Source: an uncultured Anaerotruncus sp.
GTDB lineage: Bacteria > Bacillota > Clostridia > Oscillospirales > Ruminococcaceae
Direction of reading: 5' to 3'
DNA length: 64,000 nt
Assembly (NCBI GenBank): GCA_944385965.1
Contig: CALWZG010000055.1
Coordinates: forward strand, 8,018 to 72,017
Part shown: positions 25,662 to 33,860 of the stretch, piece by piece
Layout of the letters: every line of letters starts with the position of its first letter
Numbering within the stretch: position 1 is the stretch's first letter
Program-made: the position numbers and the translations under genes
The notes under the pieces: generated by a model
The model's input: only the letters and a program-made list of their open reading frames with translations
Told to the model about the DNA's origin: nothing
The model's database searches: none

Positions 25662-26189
25662 CTATAAAATCTCTACTTGGCAGCAGGCCATCGCGTCCAA
25701 CGCCTGCTGGTGACTTTTTGGGGTCACTCCAGCGCAGCAGGAACCATCCACCTGAATCGGAACCTCCGGCAGAAAAGCTTTCAGCAAAAGGGCGTTGGAT
25801 ATGACACAGATATCTGTACAGACCCCTATCAGCTGGATAAACGGAATGGGGTCTTTTTTATGGGACAAGGCCAATGTCTCCGCCAGTTGTTGGGAACCAA
25901 AGGTGTTTTTATCAAAAATCTCTGTCTCCGCCCCAACGCAATCAGCTACTTCTGAACACAGTTCCCATCCCTGGGTTCCCTTTTCGCAATGTGGGACGGG
26001 AAGCTTCTTTCCTTCCTGGGTGTTTAAATAATCTTTGCCATGGGTGTCACGGGTATAGATAACCCGCCCTGGAAAGGAGCGGATTTTTTCTGCCACTCTG
26101 GGTACAATCTCTTTGGCCTCTTTGGAGCCAAGGACACCCCCAACAAAATCGTTCTGCATATCCACCACAATTAAAACAGGCGCTCCCAT
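25662..26189 (-). CDS. cysteine hydrolase / isochorismatase family protein (nicotinamidase-like)
   Basis: MGAPVLIVVDMQNDF start with an AAGGAGGGG RBS. Catalytic-type LIGVCTDICV cysteine motif. Confidence 0.85.
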   Translation of the reverse strand: MGAPVLIVVDMQNDFVGGVLGSKEAKEIVPRVAEKIRSFPGRVIYTRDTHGKDYLNTQEGKKLPVPHCEKGTQGWELCSEVADCVGAETEIFDKNTFGSQQLAETLALSHKKDPIPFIQLIGVCTDICVISNALLLKAFLPEVPIQVDGSCCAGVTPKSHQQALDAMACCQVEIL

Positions 26190-26199
26190 TTGCCCCTCC

Positions 26200-26376
26200 T
26201 TACTGAAAGCGATTGGCTTCCGGGTCATAAGTATAGCCGATAGTGGCCAATTTAGCCTTTACCTGTTCTGGGTCAGTGTCCAGTCGGCGGCACATATCCT
26301 CCAAACTGGAATCGAAATCCCTAAGCTGGGTATTCACATAACTGAGCAGAATCACAGGATCATTTGGCAGGGCCAT
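26200..26376 (-). CDS. DUF4250 domain-containing small protein
   Basis: 58 aa from MALPNDPVILLSYVNTQLRDFDSSLEDMC..., which is the DUF4250 pattern as I recall it. AAGGAGGAATCAAAA lies directly upstream of the ATG. Confidence 0.7.
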   Translation of the reverse strand: MALPNDPVILLSYVNTQLRDFDSSLEDMCRRLDTDPEQVKAKLATIGYTYDPEANRFQ

Positions 26377-26557
26377 TTTTGATTCCTCCTTATTTTCTGA
26401 CATAATTTTTAATATGATATGTGGATATTGTATCACTTTTCCCCATTGGTATCAAGATTTACAAAAGACTGCTGGTTTTCCCGCTGGGTACATGTTATAA
26501 TAAAGCAAATCTTATGAGGACATTTTCTTTTATGGAGTGGTCGTGATCTAATTTCTT

Positions 26558-26579
26558 TTCTCTCACAGTTCTCTCACAG
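26558..26579 (+). repeat. tandem duplication of an 11-mer (TTCTCTCACAG x2) in the 5' leader of the 26625 gene
   Basis: Read directly: ttctctcacag at 26558-26568 and again at 26569-26579. Confidence 0.9.
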
Positions 26580-26624
26580 AGATACGTTATCTTATTTCTA
26601 ATTACATCAAGGAGGGTCATTTTT

Positions 26625-27323
26625 ATGAAGAAAATTTTATCCGGTGTTCTTGCCGGTCTGCTAACCATGAGTATGGGGGTTTCCGCTTTGGCTGCCGGAG
26701 TAGTAATTGATCCTGTGCCTAATGAAACCAATTCTATCACCGTTGGTAAAAGCAGCGATGAAAAAATTATGCTCACCTTTGAAGCGGACAGCGACCCTGA
26801 AAAATTCTATTTCGGGGCTTCCACCAGCTGGGATAACCGCTTTGCCCATTTGTTCGCCGACCAGGACGCTTTCTTTTACAGTATTGCAATCAATCCTCGG
26901 ATTTCCGCCTCACAGGTTCCAACCTTGGCGATCTATAACCCATTTGTAGATGAGGATGGTACCCCCTATATCAGCACAAGCAAGGTGGTCATCTACGAAA
27001 TTGTGGATGATGGCTTGGTAGATGTAACCGATGAATTTACCGCTGGTACGGATGAAGATGGAGAATCCATATTTATTACCCGAACTCGGACCCCTGGGTC
27101 TTACATTTTTACCAATCAAGAGGTGGATATTTCTGGGTACGAGCCTGAAACCAGTTCTTCCAGCAGCTCTAACCGGAAAGTAATCCATGTGGATACCATT
27201 GAAGGCTCTTCCTCTCAAAAGGTAACCGCTTCGGACAGCGCTGAAACATCCACTTCAAAAAATGAGACCATCTCTTCCACCAGCAGTCTGCGTCAGCGCA
27301 AGGACTTTAAATCTTCCCTGTAA
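26625..27323 (+). CDS. secreted protein of unknown function with a Ser/Thr-rich C-terminal tail
   Basis: Signal peptide MKKILSGVLAGLLTMSMGVSALAAG. AAGGAGGG RBS. C-terminal ETSSSSSSN...SSSQKVTASDSAETSTSKNETISSTSS. No anchor motif seen. Confidence 0.75.
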   Translation: MKKILSGVLAGLLTMSMGVSALAAGVVIDPVPNETNSITVGKSSDEKIMLTFEADSDPEKFYFGASTSWDNRFAHLFADQDAFFYSIAINPRISASQVPTLAIYNPFVDEDGTPYISTSKVVIYEIVDDGLVDVTDEFTAGTDEDGESIFITRTRTPGSYIFTNQEVDISGYEPETSSSSSSNRKVIHVDTIEGSSSQKVTASDSAETSTSKNETISSTSSLRQRKDFKSSL

Positions 27324-27336
27324 ATTTTATCATTAG

Positions 27337-27371
27337 AAAAGGGATGCTGTTGATACAACAGCATCCCTTTT
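27337..27371. terminator. bidirectional terminator between the secreted-protein gene and azlD
   Basis: AAAAGGGATGCTGTTG-ATA-CAACAGCATCCCTTTT is a perfect 16-bp stem. Confidence 0.92.
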
Positions 27372-27377
27372 CATATC

Positions 27378-27698
27378 TCACTGTAAAATCCGAAGAAGCA
27401 ACTCTGTTATATAAACCGCCCCGCAGGCGCTGAGGGCTACTGTCAGCAGACCTCGGTTGCAGAACGCCAGAATCAAGGCGACACCTGTTCCAACCAAGGC
27501 AGACCAAAAATAGTCGGTGGAAAATAAAATGGATGGAAAGGTCATAGCGCCCAACACCGCGTAAGGCACATAAAACAGGAAGGAACGAACAAAATGGTTC
27601 TCAATTTTTTTTGTGAAAAGCGTCAAAGGCAACATACGGATAAGATAGGTGACCAGTGCCATAACCGCTATGTAGCTGATAATTTTCCATGTAGGCAC
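27378..27698 (-). CDS. azlD: branched-chain amino acid transport protein AzlD
   Basis: 106 aa with 3-4 TM spans, 3 nt downstream of azlC. Confidence 0.8.
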   Translation of the reverse strand: MPTWKIISYIAVMALVTYLIRMLPLTLFTKKIENHFVRSFLFYVPYAVLGAMTFPSILFSTDYFWSALVGTGVALILAFCNRGLLTVALSACGAVYITELLLRILQ

Positions 27699-27701
27699 CC
27701 C

Positions 27702-28457
27702 TTACACCTCCTCTTGAATGGGGAACAGCCAAGCACCCAGCCCAGCCGCCACCAGCGCGCAGATGATAATTACAAAGCCGCTGGAAACCTGATTCAGCAC
27801 CGGCATCCAATAAAATAAGCAGCTCATAAATACCGCCAGCACTACCACACGCAGAACCGCTTTGTTTTGACGGGCAGGAGGAATAATAATCGCTAAAAAC
27901 ATTCCATAGATGGCGATGCCCAAAGTGGAGCGTACCGTATTGGGCAGGATTTCTCCCGCAATGGCGCCTAAAAGGGTTCCCAAGGTCCATCCAATATAAG
28001 GGGCCACAATCAAACCATAAAGATATTTTTTGCCTACCTTGCCAGGATTTCCGCTGGCCACCGCGAAAATCTCATCGGTGTTTCCAAAGGAAATCAAAAA
28101 CCGGTGAAGCAAAGTGACTGTATTGTCCAGTTTTTGAGAAAGTGAAAGGGACATCAGGGCGTACCGCAGATTGATGACCAATTGGGTTAAGGCCATCTCC
28201 ACATAAGGCGCCCCTGTGACAATCAATGACAAGCCCGCAAACTGACCCGCCGAAGTCAGATTTGTCATGGAAATGGCCACCGCCACCCATGGCGGCAGAC
28301 CTTGGGACACCACCATCATTCCAAACGCGAAGGATACCGACACATATCCCAACCCTATGGGGATTCCATCCCGTAGTCCCTGAGAAAAACAATTGTTGCT
28401 CTGTTCCACAAAAGACGCCTCCATTATTCCACAAAAGGTACAAGCAAAAGCTGTCAT
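27702..28457 (-). CDS. azlC: AzlC family branched-chain amino acid permease subunit
   Basis: GLRDGIPIGLGYVSVSFAFG..., SMTNLTSAGQFAG and LVINLRYALMS are AzlC motifs. The start is uncertain. A TTGCAA-17-TGATAGACT promoter ends about 7 nt before ATG 28457. So the mRNA is either leaderless or translation starts at M12 (28424). Confidence 0.8.
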   Translation of the reverse strand: MTAFACTFCGIMEASFVEQSNNCFSQGLRDGIPIGLGYVSVSFAFGMMVVSQGLPPWVAVAISMTNLTSAGQFAGLSLIVTGAPYVEMALTQLVINLRYALMSLSLSQKLDNTVTLLHRFLISFGNTDEIFAVASGNPGKVGKKYLYGLIVAPYIGWTLGTLLGAIAGEILPNTVRSTLGIAIYGMFLAIIIPPARQNKAVLRVVVLAVFMSCLFYWMPVLNQVSSGFVIIICALVAAGLGAWLFPIQEEV

Positions 28458-28557
28458 TTTGTTAGTCTATCATTTTTCCTGGTGTTTTGCAATAAAAACC
28501 CTGGAGAAAAATAGGGACTTTGTAAGAAAATGAGGCGCATTGGTCACACATTTTCGC

Positions 28558-30102
28558 TCAAACTTCTCCTTTGGCAATGGCGTTTGCCAAAGAACGCTTG
28601 TGCAGAAACACCAAAGCTACCAACAGCAAAACCACCGCTGCCCCAAAGGAAATAAAGGCGTTGGCGTTGGTAAAGCCCGCTACCAAGTATCCAACAAAGC
28701 AGCAAGCCGCTACCAGAATAGCGTAAAGCATCTGAGTGGAAACATGTTGAATATGGTCGCAGCCAGCTCCCGTAGAGGAGAGGATAGTGGTATCGGAAAT
28801 AGGAGAGCAATGGTCCCCAAAAACACTTCCCGCCAAGGTAGCGGACAGGGTGACCACCAACAGTTGAGGAGCGATGGCTTCACAGGCAGGGACTACAATG
28901 GGAATCAGAATCCCAAAGGTTCCCCAGGCGGTTCCCATAGAAAAGGACAGGAATGCGGCAATAACAAATACGATGGCTGGAAGCAGAGCCCCTGGAACAT
29001 TGCTCTTTGTTACAACCTCACTGACAAACTCTCCCGTTTGCAGCAAATCCCGGCAAACGCCGCTGATGGTCCAAGCCAATACCAAAATAATATCCGCCGG
29101 CACCATAGACTTGACGCCCTCTCCAACGCCGCCCATAAAATCCCTGAAATTGATGAGGCCTCTTGGGACAAACATCAGGAAAGCAACCACCAAGGCACCA
29201 AATCCACCCACAACCAGAGCCTCTGCCGCTACACAGTTTCCAAAGGCTGCCGCCATAGAATGATACGCTGGGTCCTCTCCCCAATATCCTCCATTATGCA
29301 GCATGGCCAAAACAGAAAAAATAATCAGAGCGATGACCGGGATAATCATGTCCAAAACTGTCCCCTTGGAGGACACTCTCATATTGTCATTGGAGGAGGC
29401 ATCCACCGCTCCAATATCACCCTTCGCTGCCTTCAGCTCCGCATGCTCCATAGGACCAAAATCCAAATTGAAGGCGCATACCGCAATCACCATCACGATG
29501 GACAGTAAAGCGTATAAATTATAAGGAATCGTCGCCACAAAAGCCGCCAAATCGCTTTCAAAGCTTCCGGTGGCTTGCAGGCTGGAACCTACCGCTGCCG
29601 CCCAACTGGAAATGGGAGCAATGATACAAATTGGGGCAGCTGTGGCGTCGATAATATACGCCAGCTTCGCCCGGGAAATATTGTATTTATCAGTGACCGG
29701 TTTCATAACTGTTCCAACCGTCAAGCAGTTAAAATAGTCATCAATAAAGATTAACACTCCCAGCGCCCCAGTAGCGAACTGTACCCCCCGCTTACTTTTC
29801 AGCTTTTGAGAGGCCCATCTTCCATAGGCTCTGGAGCCGCCCGCCATGGTCACCACAACTACCAAAGCCCCCAGAAACGCCAAAAACAGCAGAATATTCA
29901 TATCAATTTTGCTGGCCATAAGGCTGAAGGTTGTTTCTGTGGTACCCACAATAGGATTCAGCCCTATTGTCAGCGAGTAAATCAATGTGCCGGATAGAAT
30001 TCCCACCATCAGTGAGGAAATAACTTCCTTTGTAAGCAAAGCAAGCCCAATCGCAATCACCGGTGGAACCAAGGACAGCCATCCTACATATACAGATTCC
30101 AT
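28558..30102 (-). CDS. Na+/H+ antiporter NhaC family protein
   Basis: MESVYVGWLSLVPPVIAIGLALLTKEV... with about 12 TM spans. FIDDYFNCLTVG and GDHCSPISDTTILSS are motifs typical of the NhaC family. GAGGAGGA lies 6 nt upstream of ATG 30102. Confidence 0.85.
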   Translation of the reverse strand: MESVYVGWLSLVPPVIAIGLALLTKEVISSLMVGILSGTLIYSLTIGLNPIVGTTETTFSLMASKIDMNILLFLAFLGALVVVVTMAGGSRAYGRWASQKLKSKRGVQFATGALGVLIFIDDYFNCLTVGTVMKPVTDKYNISRAKLAYIIDATAAPICIIAPISSWAAAVGSSLQATGSFESDLAAFVATIPYNLYALLSIVMVIAVCAFNLDFGPMEHAELKAAKGDIGAVDASSNDNMRVSSKGTVLDMIIPVIALIIFSVLAMLHNGGYWGEDPAYHSMAAAFGNCVAAEALVVGGFGALVVAFLMFVPRGLINFRDFMGGVGEGVKSMVPADIILVLAWTISGVCRDLLQTGEFVSEVVTKSNVPGALLPAIVFVIAAFLSFSMGTAWGTFGILIPIVVPACEAIAPQLLVVTLSATLAGSVFGDHCSPISDTTILSSTGAGCDHIQHVSTQMLYAILVAACCFVGYLVAGFTNANAFISFGAAVVLLLVALVFLHKRSLANAIAKGEV

Positions 30103-30430
30103 ACACAATCCTCCTCTTGTTTTTCCTCAAACGTCAGGGAACCTCAACTCCCATGGTTTTTATCATGGCACAAAACCTGTATAAAGTCAACAGGATTCCT
30201 CCATTTTTTGCAGGAAATAAAATAAAATCCTGCAAATTTTACATAAGAATCCACTTTATCATTAGCAGTTTTCCCCAGTTCATCGCTAAAATCCGTCCAG
30301 ATATTCTCTCTCTTGAAAATGGGCAAAATACGGAAAAGGGTTGCGTTGGCAAATAAAAAAAAGTATCATTAAACTATTCAATACTCTTTTATAGGGCTTT
30401 TGAGGACCTAATATTTTGGGAGGTATCTAT

Positions 30431-31234
30431 ATGGAAGAACTGATTGTCCTTGGCACAGGAAACGCTATGGTGACCAAGTGCTATAACACCTGTTTTGCTA
30501 TTCGGGGGCCACAAGGGGTCCTGTTGGTGGACGCTGGAGGCGGAAATGGTATCCTGGCCCGTCTGGAAGCGGCTAAGGTGGATTATCAAACCATCCATCA
30601 CATGATTGTTACCCACGAGCACTGTGATCACCTGCTTGGTGTTGTCTGGATTGTGCGGAAAATCGCCACCCTGATGCGTAACGGTAAATATGAAGGTGTT
30701 TTTACCATCTACTGTCACGATGGCCTGATTCAACCCATCCAAGCTATGTGTGGCTTTACATTGCAGAAAAAATTTACCAGCTTGTTCGGAGAGCGAATTC
30801 TTTTGGTCCCTATCCACGACGGTGAGCAGCTGGATGTGATGGGTTACGAAACCACCTTCTTTGATATTCATTCCACCAAAGCCCGCCAGTTTGGCTTTTC
30901 TCTGAAACTGAAGAATGGCAAGCGGCTCACCTGTATGGGAGATGAGCCGTATAATCCCCTTTGTGAGGGATATATCAAAGGCAGCGATTGGCTGCTTAGT
31001 GAGGCCTTCTGCCTCTACGGGGACCGGGAAAAATTCAAGCCCTATGAAAAGCATCACAGCACAGTAAAAGACGCCTGTGAATTGGCTTCCCAGCTTGAAG
31101 TTCCCAACCTGGTGCTTTGGCATACCGAAGACAAAAACTATGCCAACCGTCAGGAACTTTATACCGCTGAGGGACGCCAATATTACCAAGGCAACTTACT
31201 GGTTCCCTATGATTTGGAAACGATTTGTCTGTAA
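30431..31234 (+). CDS. MBL-fold metallo-hydrolase
   Basis: MEELIVLGTGNA... and the VTHEHCDH zinc motif. GGGAGG lies 8 nt upstream of ATG 30431. A TTGCGT-17-TATCAT promoter sits at 30341-30369. Confidence 0.85.
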   Translation: MEELIVLGTGNAMVTKCYNTCFAIRGPQGVLLVDAGGGNGILARLEAAKVDYQTIHHMIVTHEHCDHLLGVVWIVRKIATLMRNGKYEGVFTIYCHDGLIQPIQAMCGFTLQKKFTSLFGERILLVPIHDGEQLDVMGYETTFFDIHSTKARQFGFSLKLKNGKRLTCMGDEPYNPLCEGYIKGSDWLLSEAFCLYGDREKFKPYEKHHSTVKDACELASQLEVPNLVLWHTEDKNYANRQELYTAEGRQYYQGNLLVPYDLETICL

Positions 31235-31267
31235 TTTCATTTGGCCTACCACTGACAATATCCTGTT

Positions 31268-31298
31268 TAAAAAAGCACCTTGAAGGGTGCTTTTTTTG
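31268..31298. terminator. bidirectional terminator between the MBL hydrolase and small membrane protein genes
   Basis: AAAAAAGCACC-TTGAAG-GGTGCTTTTTTT. Confidence 0.85.
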
Positions 31299-31314
31299 AT
31301 GGCCGAAAAATATC

Positions 31315-31563
31315 TCATACATTTGCTGATTGGCTCTCCTTGGATTTTAATTCTTTTTTCAGCGCCTCTATTTCTTTTCTCAAGCTTCTGATTTCTTCCA
31401 AAAGAACCACCCCACATCCAATCACCACACCTGTTAAAAGAATCAAGCCGCCATAAAGTGGAAAGAGGAAGCTTTCAGACACACCACCGCCTACCATTTT
31501 GGAAAACAGGGTTCCCCATATGCTGCCCCCTGGCCAAACAATCAGTAAAAACATCCCTATCAT
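31315..31563 (-). CDS. small membrane protein with a C-terminal coiled coil (hypothetical); the start is disturbed by an A8 tract
   Basis: 82 aa with two hydrophobic spans, then EEIRSLRKEIEALKKELKSKE. No SD before ATG 31563. A perfect SD+ATG lies at 31583-31600 in another frame (see findings). Confidence 0.6.
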   Translation of the reverse strand: MIGMFLLIVWPGGSIWGTLFSKMVGGGVSESFLFPLYGGLILLTGVVIGCGVVLLEEIRSLRKEIEALKKELKSKESQSANV

Positions 31564-31672
31564 TCCGCTAAGGATTTTTTTTCATGGTCCACTCCTCCTT
31601 CATTTTTTACAAAGTTTTTTTCATTCTATCACAGGTCCCTACATTTGAAAAGTGCAGCTTTGGCGGCGCTAT

Positions 31673-31714
31673 AAAAAGCCCTTGGAAAACAAAACCTGTT
31701 TTCCAAGGGCTTTT
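31673..31714 (-). terminator. rho-independent terminator ending the PHP / malic enzyme / TSCPD / unknown operon
   Basis: AAAAGCCCTTGGAAAACA-AAAC-CTGTTTTCCAAGGGCTTTT is a stem of about 17 bp, 25 nt after the stop at 31739. Confidence 0.9.
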
Positions 31715-31738
31715 CATTCTATCCACCTATTTTTCGGC

Positions 31739-32293
31739 TTATCGCACCCAACGAATTTCCAGGGCCTCTCTGGCACAATAGCGTGTAAAAAAATCCGCCA
31801 GCTCACAGCCATATTCTACAAACAGCGCCTCATTTTCCCTGCCGCATAATCTGGAAAATACCTTTCCGATAGCGCAAGGGTCCTCCGGTTGATAACGGGC
31901 AGCCAATAAATATTGGGAAAAAGCAGCCGAGTCGTTAATCTGCTCGTAAATTTCCTGAGATTGGTTTCTGGCTTCCTCATAAAAAGCCGAAAGGGCAGAC
32001 TGTCCCACCATGGAATTTGGGGCAGTGTCCCCTATCACCTGATTCACCACATAGGCGAACATTACACGTCTTTGGGTAATGGTTGTATCATCATCAAACG
32101 CTCCTACCCCAAACAACGCTTTGCTTGAACCATTCCTAAGTAAATCCTCAGCAAATTTCGCCCCCAGCCTGCGGGCTTTTTCCAAATTTCCGTTGGCCTT
32201 TTCCCGAGTAAAGGCGGTGGCTGCCCCTTCCCCTGTATCAAACTTCTGAGATGGCCTTCCGGAGAGGATTTTCATATCGCTGTCGTCACACAC
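31739..32293 (-). CDS. hypothetical protein (184 aa)
   Basis: GTG start with AAGGAAGGAG 8 nt upstream. No motif that I recognise. It is 29 nt downstream of the TSCPD gene. Confidence 0.65.
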   Translation of the reverse strand: MCDDSDMKILSGRPSQKFDTGEGAATAFTREKANGNLEKARRLGAKFAEDLLRNGSSKALFGVGAFDDDTTITQRRVMFAYVVNQVIGDTAPNSMVGQSALSAFYEEARNQSQEIYEQINDSAAFSQYLLAARYQPEDPCAIGKVFSRLCGRENEALFVEYGCELADFFTRYCAREALEIRWVR

Positions 32294-32322
32294 GTTTGCC
32301 GCTCCTTCCTTTTACCCTTCCC

Positions 32323-32574
32323 TCAATTCTGGGCCAGGGCTTGTTCCAGCGCCAAGGCCAGCTGATCTGGACAGGAGGTAGGTCTTGGTCCACAGTGAAT
32401 TCCCTTTAAATCTTGGATCACTTCTTTAGCGTCCCGGCCCTTCACCAGCTTGCAGATACCCTGCAAATTCCCTGAACACCCTCCTTGAATCTTCAAGTCT
32501 TTGATGACTCCATCCTCCATCTCCAGTTCCATCATTCTGGCGCAAACGCCTTTTGGTTTGTATTGGATTCGCAC
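32323..32574 (-). CDS. TSCPD domain small protein (TIGR03905-like)
   Basis: 83 aa. GGCSGNLQGICKLVKG...IHCGPRPTSCPDQLALALEQAL carries the 4-Cys TSCPD signature. GTG start with GAAGGAG 8 nt upstream. Confidence 0.75.
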   Translation of the reverse strand: MRIQYKPKGVCARMMELEMEDGVIKDLKIQGGCSGNLQGICKLVKGRDAKEVIQDLKGIHCGPRPTSCPDQLALALEQALAQN

Positions 32575-32641
32575 AACTAATTCTCCTTCAATAAGTATGA
32601 TTTCCCAAAGAAAACGCTTTACTCCTAAAAACGTTCTTTGT

Positions 32642-33829
32642 TTAAGGGCGATTGGTTTCTGCTCTGGCGTAACCGGTTCGGACCGCTTCCTCCGCTACCG
32701 CGTCAGCTACTCCCTGGGCAACCCTCCGATCCAGAGCGTCTGGCAGGATATTCTCTCTGGAAAGGGCTTCTTCCGGTACCATGGCCGCAATGGCTCTGGC
32801 GGCCGCCATCTTCATTCCCTCGGTAATCCTTGTGGCCCGCACCTGCAAAGCCCCTTTGAAAATTCCTGGGAAGGCCAAGACGTTGTTAATCTGATTGGGA
32901 TAATCGGAACGTCCGGTGCCTACCACCGCTGCGCCTCCCGCTTTCGCCTCCTCCGGCAAAATCTCCGGCACAGGATTGGCCATGGCGAAAATAATGGGGT
33001 CTTTGGCCATAGATGCCACCATCTCCTTGGTAACCTGGTTGGGACGTGACACACCAATCAACAAATCCGCCCCCACCAAAGCATCCTTGAGGGTCCCTTG
33101 CTTTTTCTGGGGATTGGTGCGGCGGGCCAATTCTTTTTGCGGCTCTGTCATCCAATCAGCCCCGTCCCACAAAATTCCCTGCCGGTCACACAGGAGGATT
33201 TCCCCCATCTCCATTTGCAGCAGCATCTTGGCGATGGAGCTGCCTGCCGCTCCCGCTCCATTGATGACGATTTTCAGATTTCCAAGCTGGCGTCCGGTGA
33301 CCTTGGCGGCGTTAATTACCCCCGCCGCGGCCACAATCGCGGTTCCATGCTGGTCATCATGGAACACCGGAATGTCACATGCCTCAATCAGCCTGCGCTC
33401 AATCTCAAAGCAGCGGGGAGCGGAAATATCCTCCAGATTAATGGCGCCAAAGCTTTTGGAAATCAGGCGCACCGTTTCTACAAAGGTATCCACATCTGTG
33501 CTGTCCACACAGATTGGGAAAGCGTCCACATCAGCGAAAGCTTTGAACAGGGCGCATTTTCCCTCCATAACCGGCATAGAAGCCACCGGTCCAATATCCC
33601 CCAAGCCCAGCACAGAGGTTCCATCGGTAATTACCGCCACCAAATGTCCCCGCCGTGTCAGAGAGAATGAGAGGTTCTCATCCTTCTGGATGGCCACACA
33701 AGGTTCCGCTACCCCTGGGGTGTATGCCACACACAAATCGTCCCGTGTTTCCAAAGGCGCTCTGGAAATTACCTCAATTTTACCTTCCCACAGCTCATGT
33801 TTTTCCATCGCCAATTGTTTATTATCCAT
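32642..33829 (-). CDS. NAD(P)-dependent malic enzyme
   Basis: LAYTPGVAEPC, ITDGTSVLGLGDIGP, FEDISAP-like NLEDISAPRCF, HDDQHGTA and INGAGAAG. AAGGGGGAG RBS before ATG 33829. Confidence 0.92.
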   Translation of the reverse strand: MDNKQLAMEKHELWEGKIEVISRAPLETRDDLCVAYTPGVAEPCVAIQKDENLSFSLTRRGHLVAVITDGTSVLGLGDIGPVASMPVMEGKCALFKAFADVDAFPICVDSTDVDTFVETVRLISKSFGAINLEDISAPRCFEIERRLIEACDIPVFHDDQHGTAIVAAAGVINAAKVTGRQLGNLKIVINGAGAAGSSIAKMLLQMEMGEILLCDRQGILWDGADWMTEPQKELARRTNPQKKQGTLKDALVGADLLIGVSRPNQVTKEMVASMAKDPIIFAMANPVPEILPEEAKAGGAAVVGTGRSDYPNQINNVLAFPGIFKGALQVRATRITEGMKMAAARAIAAMVPEEALSRENILPDALDRRVAQGVADAVAEEAVRTGYARAETNRP

Positions 33830-33860
33830 GATGCTCCCCCTTTTGTCAATCAAAAAATCC

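Noticed and set aside
30144-30326. A 60-aa TTG-initiated minus-strand ORF and a SAM-I-like TCAAGAGAG string upstream of nhaC.
   Set aside because: The ORF has no RBS and runs across the nhaC promoter. The riboswitch resemblance is limited to a few short words without the conserved GC-rich helices. It is kept only as a low-interest note.
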